Below, piece after piece: positions 37,301-46,459 of a stretch of 64,000 bases of DNA. This DNA comes from Dehalococcoidia bacterium (GTDB lineage Bacteria; Chloroflexota; Dehalococcoidia; SpSt-223), in contig JAXLWW010000017.1 in the NCBI GenBank assembly GCA_046328265.1, positions 4,777-68,776 of the forward strand, given 5' to 3'. The position numbers and the translations under genes were made by a program. Below the pieces are notes generated by a model that saw only the letters and a list, made by a program, of their open reading frames with translations, had not been told where the DNA came from and ran no database searches. The first letter of the stretch is position 1; each line of letters starts with the position of its first letter.

Positions 37301-39207
37301 TTCCCGGGATCGATGCGGTGCTCACGCGGGGCGGCGAACTCGGTGGACGGGTGACCGCCGCCGACACCGGCCTCGGCCTCGACAATATCTACGTCGTAGT
37401 GAACCAGGGCGACCAGTTCGTCGGGTCCTCCTACACCGACGCCAGCGGTTCCTACACGGTGACCGCGCTCCTGAGCGGCACCTATCAGGTTGCCTTCCTT
37501 CCGCCATCGTCGGGGCCGGGGTCCTTCTATGTTTCGGAGTGGTACAGCAATCAGGTGTCCGCGGAGACCGCGAACCCGGTCGCCGTGACCGCGCCAAATG
37601 CCGTACCCGGCATCAACGCGGTCCTCGACCGCGGCGGCTTCGTCGGCGGGCGGGTGACCGGCGAGACGTCCGGCACGAGCGCGTTGGCGGTGATCCCGCT
37701 GGCGGGCGTCGCCGTCTACGTGTACAACGCCACCGGCAACACGGTCGCGAACGGGACTACCAACGCGACCGGCCACTACACCGCCACTCCGGCGTTGCGC
37801 TCCGGGTCCTATAAGGTCGAGTTCTTGCCTCTATCCAATGGGCCATCCAGGACTTTCATCGGCGAGTACTACAACGACAAAGCCGATTTCTCGATGGCCG
37901 ATCCGGTCGCGGTCACCTCGCCGGCCATGACTCCGGTCGATGCCGTCCTGACCGAAGGTGGGACGATCACCGGCCGGGTGACCGGGGCAGACAGCGGCCT
38001 CGGCCTGCAGGGTGTGTCGGTCTATGCCTACAACAACACGGGCAACAACGTCCGCTCGACCACGACCGACGCCAGCGGCGTCTATACGCTGACGGGGATA
38101 CCGTTGGTCCCGGTTCGAATCCAGTTCTCGCCAACCAGTGCTCCAGTCCGGCGCTACATCGGCGAGTACTACAACGACAGCCCAGACGGCACGACGGCGG
38201 TGCGCTTCACCCTGGCCAGCGGCGAGACGCGCAGCGGGATCGATGCCGTGCTGGCCCCCGGTGGGACGATCACCGGCCGGGTGACCGGGGCAGATAGCGG
38301 CCTCGGCCTGCAGGGTGTGACGGTGCAGGTCTACCGAAACGGTAGTTACAGCATAGGAACGACGACCAACGTCAACGGCGTCTACACCGCGACCGGACTG
38401 CTCTCGGGGACGTATGCGGTCTATTTCTATCCATCGAGCGCCTACTTGCCGGAGTACTACAACGACATGGCGACCCTGGCGACGGCGACCCCGGTGCCAG
38501 TGACCGCGCCGGACACGGTGAGCGGGATTGACGCCGCCCTGACGCGTGGCAATCAGATCACCGGACGGGTGACCGCCGCCGACACCGGCTTGACGCTGGC
38601 GGATGTCTTCGTCAACGTCTACACCAGCGACGGCGCGTTCGCCGCGTCTGGAACCACCGGCGTGACCGGGGTTTACACCACGGTGCCGGGACTTCTGCCC
38701 GGTAGTTATCGGGTGGCGTTCAATCCGTCAAGCACGCCGCCGGCATCCGGCTACATTCCCGAGTACTACAACGACAAGGCGACGCTTGCCGCCTCCGATC
38801 CGGTGACGGTCGCAGGACCAGGCACGACCACCGGCATCGACGCCGTGCTGGCGCGTGGCGGATCGATCAGCGGGCGGGTGACCGCCGTCAACACCGGTCA
38901 GCCGGTTCGCGACGTCTCGGTGAACGTCTACGACGCGAATGGGACGAGCATCGCCTCTGGCTACACCGATTCAAACGGGCAGTACCTGACGGTTCCTGGC
39001 GTTCCGGCGGGCGCCTATCGGGTCCAGTTCCAGCCAAGCACCCAGAGCGGCTACTTCGGCGAGTGGTACAACGACAAGGGCAGTCTGGCCACCGCCGATC
39101 CGGTGGCGGTCACCGTCGGCAACGTCACGTCCGGGATCGATGCCCAGATCTGGCGAACGCGGATTACCGCGCCGCTGGTCGCGCTGAACACGCCGTCCGG
39201 GCCGTAA
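34325..39207 (+). CDS. giant secreted repeat protein (about 1,630 aa) with about 14-15 tandem carboxypeptidase-regulatory-like (transthyretin-like) domains; two apparent frameshifts near the N-terminus at about 34.57-34.61 kb
   Basis: Signal-like N-terminus MVLALLSIIGSIVPPAAIAAPAAPA in the 34325 frame. The first domain continues in two other frames into the 1540-aa ORF (34585..39207). Repeat consensus is GRVTAADxGxxLxxVxVxVY...G...S..TDASG.YT...L.PGSYRV.F.PS......Y..EYYNDK..L..ADPV.V......GIDAVL.RGG. Confidence 0.7.
35170..39130 (+). repeat. intragenic tandem repeats (about 270-300 nt period, about 14 copies) encoding the repeated domains of the giant protein
   Basis: Near-identical DNA segments occur 300 nt apart, for example GGTGGGACGATCACCGGCCGGGTGACCGGGGCAGA(C/T)AGCGGCCTCGGCCTGCAGGGTGTG at about 37959 and about 38259. 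GRVTAAD and EYYND motifs recur throughout. Confidence 0.7.
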
Positions 39208-39213
39208 GCGGCC

Positions 39214-41049
39214 TCAACCAGGGGCGAGCGCCGGTTCGGCGCGAGGTGGCGCCGAGCCGACGGTAGCCCGCAGCGCATAGAGGATGACGGTCACGTCGAT
39301 CGCCTCCTGAAGGAATGCGCCGGCCAGGGGCAGCACCAGGCCGGCCGCCGCCAGCAGCATCGCCACGCCGCTGAGCGTCATCCCGATCAGGATCGCCTGA
39401 CGAGCGACGCCGACCGACTGGCGAGCAATTGATACGGCGGTCCAGACCGATTCGAGGTCGCCGGCCAGCAGGACGACGTCGGCCGCCTCCGAGGCGGCGG
39501 TCTGCTCTTCGTGGGTGAAGACCAGTCCAACGTCGGCCTGGGCGAGCGCGGGGGCGTCGTTGATGCCGTCGCCGACCATCCCGACCGTCTCGCCAGCCTG
39601 CTGACGGCGGCGGATGATCACCGTCTTGGCTTCCGGGGTGCATTCGGCCTCGATTGCGATCGGCGTGCCGAGGCGTGCTGCTGCCCGTTCGGCTGGCGCT
39701 CGCCGGTCGCCGGTTGCGATGGTGAGGTCGATCCCGAGGCCAGCCAGCCGCTGCAAGACCGCCTCGCCATTTGGCTTCAGCCGATCTTCCAGCAGGAATA
39801 CGGCGGCCGGCGCTTCATCGATAGTCATTCCAACGGTGATCCCCGCCTGGCTGGCCGACGCTCGACCGAGGCGCACCAACCGATCGTCGATCTGCGCTTC
39901 GATCCCCTCGCCGATCACTTCGCGAACTCCGTGCGCCGCAGGCTGCTCAACGCCTCGCGCTTTGGCTGCTTCGACGATCGCCTTGGCGATCGAATGGAGG
40001 GAATGGCGCTCGATGGCAGCCGCCATCCCGACCGCCTCGTCCTCGGAAAGCGCCGCGTCTGGCGCGATCTCGACCGCCGCCAGTTCCGGCCGGCCCATCG
40101 TCAGGGTGCCGGTCTTGTCGAAGATCAGGGCATCCAGCCGGCTGAGCACTTCGAGGGCGGCAAAGCGCTTGACGATGACCTTCTCGCGGGCTGCGCGGTT
40201 CACGCCGCCCATCAGGGCGATCGGCGGCGCGAGAATCAGCGGGCAGGGTGTCGCCACCACCAGCACGGCAAGCGCTCGGTCGAGAGAATCGGAAACGAGC
40301 CAGGCACCCGCGGCGAGGGCGATCGTCAAGATCGTGAACACCACGCTGTAGCGGTCGGCGAGGCGCACCATCGGCGTCGTCTGGTGCTGCGCTTCCTCGA
40401 CAAGCTTGAGAATGCGGCGGTAGGTCGATTCGGACGCGGGCCGACTGCTGCGCACGGTGAGCGATTGGCCCAAGTTGACCGTTCCGCTGCGCACCAGGTC
40501 GCCGGGCGCTTTGTCGATCAGGAACGGCTCGCCAGTCAACGACGACTCGTCGACGATTGCCTCGCCCGTGACCAATTCGCCGTCGAGCGGCAACACCTCG
40601 CCGTGGCGGACGACGACCAGGCTACCGACCGCCACGTCATCGATCGGCACTTCCCGCGTCGAGCCGTCGGGTTCGAGCAGGAGCGCCTCACGCGGGATCC
40701 GGTCTTCGAGCAGTCGGAGGCTGCGCCGCGCCCTCCGGACGCCGTAGTCCTCGATCGCCCCGCCCCCAACCACCATCAGGGCGATCACCGCGCCGACCAA
40801 CTCGTTGGCGGTGACCAACGACAGCCCGATTGCCAGAAAGGCGATGTAGTCAAGGGCATAACGGCCACGCCGCACCGAGTTGACGTTGTCACGCACCAAC
40901 GGCACCGCGCCAATCGCAATCGCCAGGCCAGCCGGCCAACGACTCAACTCGTGGTGGCTGGCGAAGTGGAGCGCGGCCGCGACGACGATCAGGGCGACGA
41001 TTGCCGCCGGGGCAGGATAGAGGCGGACAAGCCGAAAGAGCCAGGTCAT
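39214..41049 (-). CDS. heavy-metal-translocating P1B-type ATPase lacking N-terminal HMA domain, with a PCP membrane motif (P1B-5-like)
   Basis: DKTGTLT phosphorylation motif, TGEP/TGES-type actuator motif (SLTGEPF), GDGINDAPAL hinge motif, eight TM helices. TM6 reads VVATPCPLILAPP (PCP instead of the canonical CPC). Start taken at MTWLFRL (41049). Confidence 0.85.
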   Translation of the reverse strand: MTWLFRLVRLYPAPAAIVALIVVAAALHFASHHELSRWPAGLAIAIGAVPLVRDNVNSVRRGRYALDYIAFLAIGLSLVTANELVGAVIALMVVGGGAIEDYGVRRARRSLRLLEDRIPREALLLEPDGSTREVPIDDVAVGSLVVVRHGEVLPLDGELVTGEAIVDESSLTGEPFLIDKAPGDLVRSGTVNLGQSLTVRSSRPASESTYRRILKLVEEAQHQTTPMVRLADRYSVVFTILTIALAAGAWLVSDSLDRALAVLVVATPCPLILAPPIALMGGVNRAAREKVIVKRFAALEVLSRLDALIFDKTGTLTMGRPELAAVEIAPDAALSEDEAVGMAAAIERHSLHSIAKAIVEAAKARGVEQPAAHGVREVIGEGIEAQIDDRLVRLGRASASQAGITVGMTIDEAPAAVFLLEDRLKPNGEAVLQRLAGLGIDLTIATGDRRAPAERAAARLGTPIAIEAECTPEAKTVIIRRRQQAGETVGMVGDGINDAPALAQADVGLVFTHEEQTAASEAADVVLLAGDLESVWTAVSIARQSVGVARQAILIGMTLSGVAMLLAAAGLVLPLAGAFLQEAIDVTVILYALRATVGSAPPRAEPALAPG

Positions 41050-41276
41050 GCGGGCGATTCCAACGCCCGGCGACTTGGCGCGCCCGGCGGTCTCACCCAA
41101 TCGTAGCAGCGGCGGGATGGTTGGCGGGAGAGCCGTTCGGCCCGCGGCAACCTCTGCGGGTATGTCCCTCACCCTTCTTCCCGGACCACCCCATTCTCCC
41201 GCTCCCAGCGGTGGGTTGCCTGATCAGCGATCGGCTGGGTCGGGCCGTGGCGCCGAGGGGCTGGGCCGACTGGAGT

Positions 41277-41988
41277 TCAAAGGAGGCCGCGCAGTTGCCG
41301 CCGTTCGACCTGCAGGCCCGCCGCGAAGGGTAGGTCGCGCGCCGCTCGCAGAGCCCGCTTTGCGGCTTGCACCGCTGCCGGTGGGTTGGCGGCGATCAGT
41401 CGGGCGACCGCTTCGGCTTCGTCGAGCAACTGCTCGGCCGGTACAACCCGATTGACGAGGCCGATCGTTTGGGCTCGGGTGGCATCACACCGTTCGCCGG
41501 TCAGGATCAGTTCGAGCGCCCAGCCCCGCCGAACCACGCGAGGGAGTGTCTGACTGCCACCCGCTCCGGGGATCAGCCCGAGCGTCACCTCCGGCACCGA
41601 GAAGATCGTCCCCTCGGCGGCAATCCGCAAATCGCAGAGGCAGGCAAGTTCGACCCCGGCGCCGATTGCATAGCCGTGGATCGCCGCCACCAACGGCTTT
41701 GGGCAGGCAGCCAGCAGTTGCCAGATCGGGCGCAGTCGGCGAATGCGCCGCGCTTCGACCGGCGAGGGCGCAGTGCCAAACTCCGAGACATCCGCACCGG
41801 CCGAGAACGCCCGCCCCGCGCCGCGTACCACCACCGCCCGCACCTCGTCGTCGATCGCGATGGCCGGCAGCACCTGGACGAGGTCGTCGCGGACCTCGAC
41901 GTTGATCGCATTGAGTGCGGCCGGGCGATTGAGCGTGAGGATGGCAATCCCGTCGCGCTTTTCGTAGAGAATCGCATCGAAGCTCATG
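41277..41988 (-). CDS. enoyl-CoA hydratase/isomerase family protein (crotonase fold)
   Basis: LTLNRPAALNAI, AFSAGADV oxyanion-hole region, catalytic Glu region (GLIPGAGGSQ). GGAGGGAC lies upstream of the ATG at 41988. Confidence 0.85.
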
Positions 41989-42088
41989 TGTCCCTCCGTG
42001 GAGCCGTCGAGAGGCTGGCCGATTATCGCCTGCACGGCGCTCCATCGACCGGCACACCGCTCTTCGACACCTCGCCAGGCTGTCGTGG

Positions 42089-44470
42089 CTACGCGCCGGC
42101 AGGGATCCAGATGTTCTTCACCTCGACGGCGCGCCGCAGAAACTCCTCGCCGTCGCCGTGACGCTCCCAGTCGCGTCGGTGGTAGGACACCCATAGCCGC
42201 TTGAGGTTGCCGGCTGACAATCGCTCGACACCGGCCCGGTCGCCACCGGCAAAGTACCACAGCCCATCGACGTCGTCGTGCGCAGCCAGCACCGCCGCCA
42301 GAGGGTCGGCCGCTCCGGTGACGATGTTCACCACACCGGCGGGCACGTCAGAGGTTTCGAGGACTTGATAAAGGTCGGTAGCCGAGAGCGGATGCGGCTC
42401 GGACGGGATCAGGACCACCCGATTGCCCTGGGCGATCGCCGGACCGAGCAACGACACGAGCGCGAGCAGCGGCTGCTCCGGTGGGCAGACGATTCCCAGG
42501 ACGCCGACCGGCTCGTGAACGGCGGCGACCAATCCCTTCAACGGCGTCTGCTGGACTGTGCCACCGAACTTGTCGGCCCAGGCCGCTGCGCCAAACAGCC
42601 GCTCGATCGCCAACTCCACCTCGCGCGCGGACGCTTCGGCGCTTGAGCCGGTCTGCTGGGCGATTCGCCGGGCGAACTCGTCGGCGCGGACCGAGAGGTT
42701 CTCGGCGAGGTAATAGACCACCTGGGCGCGGTTGTAGGCGGTCGCCGCCGACCATCCATCCGCGGCGCGGGCCGCCTCGACGGCGTTGCGGATGTCTTTG
42801 CGGTTGCCTTCGCCGACTTCGGCGATCGGCGTGCCGTCCGCTCCGAAGACCGTTCGGCTGTAGCCCGAATCGGGGCGAGCCTGCTTGCCGCCGACGAAGA
42901 GCTTCAGCGTCCGGTCGATCGGCGGCAGTCCGGTGCTCGGCGGCGGCCCGGGGCTTGGTGCGACGCCTTTTGCTCCGGCCGGCCGTTCGACGGGCGGGTC
43001 GTCGCGCTCCCAGGCCGGCCTCAGGTATTCGAACATTCCTTCGCGTCCGCCCTCCCGGCCGAAGCCGCTCTCGCGGTAGCCGCCAAAGCCACTGGCGGCA
43101 TCGAACTGGTTGGTGCAGTTCACCCAGATCGTTCCGGCTTTGATCCGTCCGGCAAGTTCGAGCGCCGCGCCGGTGGAGCCGGTCCAGACGCTGGCAGCGA
43201 GGCCGTAGGGGGTGTTGTTGGCGAGGGCGACCGCTTCGTCGACCGTTCGGAAGGTCATCGAGACGAGCACCGGCCCGAAAATCTCGACCTGGGCGATCGT
43301 TGCGGCCGGGGCGACGTTGGTGAAGAGGGTCGGCGGAAACCAATAGCCTTCAGCCGGGGCGGCCCAACTCGGCTGCCAGATCTCGGCTCCTTCCTCGACG
43401 CCAAGTTCGCAGAGCGTGCGGATCTTCTCCAATTGCACCGGGGCGACGATCGCGCCGATGTCGATCGCCTTTTCGAGCGGGTCGCCGACCCGCAGTTTCT
43501 CCATCCGGGCGCGGAGTTTGGCGAGCAGTTGGTCGGCGATGCTCTCTTGGACGAGCAATCGCGACCCGGCGCAGCAGACTTGCCCCTGGTTGAACCAGAT
43601 CGCATCGACCACGCCTTCGACCACGCCGTCGAGGTCGGCATCGTCGAGGACGACAAAGGGCGATTTGCCGCCCAGTTCGAGCGACAGCTTTTTGCCGCTG
43701 CCCGCCGTCGCCTTGCGGATAATCCGCCCAACGTCGGTGGATCCGGTAAAGGCGATCTTGTCGACGTCGGGGTGGCGGACGATCAACTCGCCGGTGCGTC
43801 CGTCGCCGGTGACGACATTGAGCACGCCTGGTGGCAACCCGGCGGAATGGGCGATCTCGGCGAACAACAGGGCGGTGAGCGGGGTGAACTCGGCTGGCTT
43901 GAGCACCACCGTGCAGCCGGCGGCGAGCGCCGGTGCGACCTTCCAGGCCAGCATCAGGAGCGGGAAGTTCCAGGGGATGATCTGACCGACGACGCCGGCC
44001 GCTTCCCAGCCGGGCAGGCCGTGCTCGGCGATTTGCGCCCAACCGGCGTGGTAGGCGAAATGGCGGGCGGCGAGCGGAATGTCGAGGTCGCGGCTTTCGC
44101 GGATCGGCTTGCCGTTGTCGAGCGATTCCAGCACGGCGAAATGCCGGGCGTTCTTTTGGACTGCCCGTGCAAGGGCGTAGAGGTGGCGAGCGCGGCCGTG
44201 GCCGCCGATCGCCTGCCAGGACGCGAGGGCCGCCCGGGCGGCGCGTACCGCCGAGTCGACTGTCTCCTCACCGGCCTGGGAAGCTTCGGCGAGCGGCCGG
44301 CCGGTCGCCGGATTGACGATGACAAACAGGTCCGATGGGTCGGTCCAGACGCCGTCGACCAGGTGGCCGAAACGGCCGCCGTGGTCGGCGATCCAATCGA
44401 GGGCGGGGGTAGCCGCTTCTGGCGCGGGACCGTAGGACATTGCGGCGAAGATCTCGGCAACCGTCGGCAT
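42089..44470 (-). CDS. two-domain aldehyde dehydrogenase family protein (complete ALDH plus C-terminal degenerate ALDH-like NAD-binding domain)
   Basis: First 490 aa carry ALDH motifs (IIPWNFPLLM, catalytic FNQGQVCCAGSRL, ELGGKSP). The C-terminal 300 aa repeat the N-domain pattern (GIVCPPEQPLL...VVLIPSE) without a catalytic Cys. Confidence 0.85.
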   Translation of the reverse strand: MPTVAEIFAAMSYGPAPEAATPALDWIADHGGRFGHLVDGVWTDPSDLFVIVNPATGRPLAEASQAGEETVDSAVRAARAALASWQAIGGHGRARHLYALARAVQKNARHFAVLESLDNGKPIRESRDLDIPLAARHFAYHAGWAQIAEHGLPGWEAAGVVGQIIPWNFPLLMLAWKVAPALAAGCTVVLKPAEFTPLTALLFAEIAHSAGLPPGVLNVVTGDGRTGELIVRHPDVDKIAFTGSTDVGRIIRKATAGSGKKLSLELGGKSPFVVLDDADLDGVVEGVVDAIWFNQGQVCCAGSRLLVQESIADQLLAKLRARMEKLRVGDPLEKAIDIGAIVAPVQLEKIRTLCELGVEEGAEIWQPSWAAPAEGYWFPPTLFTNVAPAATIAQVEIFGPVLVSMTFRTVDEAVALANNTPYGLAASVWTGSTGAALELAGRIKAGTIWVNCTNQFDAASGFGGYRESGFGREGGREGMFEYLRPAWERDDPPVERPAGAKGVAPSPGPPPSTGLPPIDRTLKLFVGGKQARPDSGYSRTVFGADGTPIAEVGEGNRKDIRNAVEAARAADGWSAATAYNRAQVVYYLAENLSVRADEFARRIAQQTGSSAEASAREVELAIERLFGAAAWADKFGGTVQQTPLKGLVAAVHEPVGVLGIVCPPEQPLLALVSLLGPAIAQGNRVVLIPSEPHPLSATDLYQVLETSDVPAGVVNIVTGAADPLAAVLAAHDDVDGLWYFAGGDRAGVERLSAGNLKRLWVSYHRRDWERHGDGEEFLRRAVEVKNIWIPAGA

Positions 44471-44472
44471 CG

Positions 44473-45453
44473 TTACACCATCGGATGGTAGTGAGCGGCG
44501 GAGTAGCGCCCGGTGACGTGGTGGCTCAACTGCCGCTCGATGTCGGTCAGCAGTCCGCTCGCGCCGATCCGAAAGCGGTCGGCGTTCAACCATCCGTCGC
44601 CAAGTTCCTCCTTGATAAGGATGAGCCAGTCGAGCGCCTGCTTGGCGGAACGGATACCGCCGGCCGGTTTGAACCCCGCCTTCTGACCGGTCTGTTGGGC
44701 AAAACGCCGGATCGCCCGGGTCATCACCAACCCGACCGGCAAGGTGGCATTGACTGGCTCTTTGCCAGTGGACGTCTTGATGAAATCGGCTCCCGCTTGA
44801 AGGGCGGCGGTGCTCGCCCGCGCTACCGTCGTCAGAGTGCCAAGTTCGCCGGTGGCGAGGATGCACTTGAGGTGCGCTTTGCCGGCGGCCTGTTTGAGTT
44901 CCCGGACCTCGTCGTAGAGCGCCCGCCAGTCGCCAGTCAACGCGTCGGCGCGGGAGATGACGATGTCGATCTCGCGTGCGCCGTCGCGCACCGCGCCCAG
45001 CACCTCCTCGACCTTGGTCTGGAGGCTGGTCTGGCCGGCGGGAAACCCGGCAGCAACCGAGGCGACCGGGATAGTTGAACCTTCGAGAGCCTCGACGGCG
45101 ACGGAGACGAGGCTTGGATAGACGCAGACCGCGCCGACGCGGACGCCGATTGCGCCGACGCCAAGCGCATCGAGGAGGTCCGCTCGCACCGGGCGGCGAG
45201 CCTTGGCGCAGAGCCGCCGAACGTTGCCGGGGGTGTCATCGCCGGCGAGGGTAGTGAGATCGAGACAGGTGACAGCGCGGAGTAGCCAGGCGGCTTGCCA
45301 CTCTTTCTTGACGGTGCGGCGCGTCGTGAGTGTGGCGGCTCGCCGTTCGGCAGCGCTGCGGTCCACCCGAGCGGCGAGGATCTCGGCGAGGTCGAACGGC
45401 GAGCCGGCGTTGTGGGTTTCGGTCGCCGATGCGGCGCGGGCAATGGTCGTCAT
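44473..45453 (-). CDS. deoC: deoxyribose-phosphate aldolase, long (eukaryotic/actinobacterial-type) form
   Basis: Class I aldolase DERA blocks (TTLAGDDTPGNV, VAAGFPAGQTS, catalytic Lys region FIKTSTGKEP, GFKPAGGIR). Directly upstream of the ALDH on the same strand with no gap. Confidence 0.85.
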   Translation of the reverse strand: MTTIARAASATETHNAGSPFDLAEILAARVDRSAAERRAATLTTRRTVKKEWQAAWLLRAVTCLDLTTLAGDDTPGNVRRLCAKARRPVRADLLDALGVGAIGVRVGAVCVYPSLVSVAVEALEGSTIPVASVAAGFPAGQTSLQTKVEEVLGAVRDGAREIDIVISRADALTGDWRALYDEVRELKQAAGKAHLKCILATGELGTLTTVARASTAALQAGADFIKTSTGKEPVNATLPVGLVMTRAIRRFAQQTGQKAGFKPAGGIRSAKQALDWLILIKEELGDGWLNADRFRIGASGLLTDIERQLSHHVTGRYSAAHYHPMV

Positions 45454-45543
45454 GCCTCACCCCAGGCGCGCGAGGTTCGCGGCGCTAGCAACTATACCAC
45501 CGCCCGGACACGGGCCGGCTGCTTCCGTCACAATCCCATCTGC

Positions 45544-46455
45544 ATGCTCTCGGTCTTCGCCAACATCGTCCTGCCGGTGTTCATCATCGTTGCGATCGGC
45601 TTTCTGCTTGGCCGCTGGCGGCGTGTTCCACCCGGACCGATCAGTCAGGTTGTCTTTTACGTCTTCAGCCCGGCGCTCTCGTTCTCCGGGCTGACCGGCG
45701 GGACGTTGGCCGCCGAGGAAGCGCTGCAGATCGCGCTCTTCGTCGTTCTGCTGACGGTGGTGATGATCACCCTCAGTTGGCTGGTCGCCCGGCTGCTGCG
45801 GCTGGATGCTCCTCATACCAGCGCATTTCTGCTCAGTTCCGTCTTCATGAACGCCGGCAATCTCGGGATCTCTATCTCGCTGTTTGCCTTCGGAGAAGCC
45901 GGCTTTCAGCGCGCGGTCGCCTTTTTCGTCGTCCACAGCATGTTGTCCGGCACCCTGGCGGTCTTTCTCGCCTCGCGCGGGACCGGCAGCACCCGCGAAG
46001 CGCTGCTGAGTATGCTGCGAACGCCGGTCAGCTATGCCGGCGCCGCCGGACTGGCCGTCCTGGTCTGGTCGCTCCCGGTGCCGCTCGTCGTCGAACGGGT
46101 GACCAGCCTGCTTGGCGCAGCGGCGGTGCCGGGGATGCTCGTCGTCCTCGGGTTGCAACTTTCCGACATCAGGCTGGGCGACCAGATCCCGGGGATCGCG
46201 GCGGCAACCGGAATGCGCCTGGTCGTCGGAACGGCGGTAGCGATTGCCCTGGTCCAGGTTCTGGGTTTGGAAGGGGTGACCCGTCAGGTGATGATCCTCC
46301 AGGGAGCGATGCCGACGGCGGTGTTCACCGTGATCTTGGCGTCGGAGTTTCGTGCCGCGCCGCGGTTTGTCACCGGGGTGGTGCTGGCGAGCACGTGCGG
46401 GGCGATCGTCACCCTGACGATCCTGGCGACGTGGTTGGGCGTTGGCGTCGTCTGA
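45544..46455 (+). CDS. AEC family transporter (auxin efflux carrier/malate permease-like)
   Basis: MLSVFANIVLPVFIIVAIGFLLG start typical of AEC/MleP family. About 10 TM helices. Confidence 0.8.
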   Translation: MLSVFANIVLPVFIIVAIGFLLGRWRRVPPGPISQVVFYVFSPALSFSGLTGGTLAAEEALQIALFVVLLTVVMITLSWLVARLLRLDAPHTSAFLLSSVFMNAGNLGISISLFAFGEAGFQRAVAFFVVHSMLSGTLAVFLASRGTGSTREALLSMLRTPVSYAGAAGLAVLVWSLPVPLVVERVTSLLGAAAVPGMLVVLGLQLSDIRLGDQIPGIAAATGMRLVVGTAVAIALVQVLGLEGVTRQVMILQGAMPTAVFTVILASEFRAAPRFVTGVVLASTCGAIVTLTILATWLGVGVV

Positions 46456-46459
46456 TCTC

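Noticed and set aside
38101-38135. GGTTCGAATCC T-loop-like sequence suggesting a second tRNA
   Set aside because: It lies inside the giant repeat-protein coding frame. No acceptor, anticodon or D-arm pairing could be built around it.
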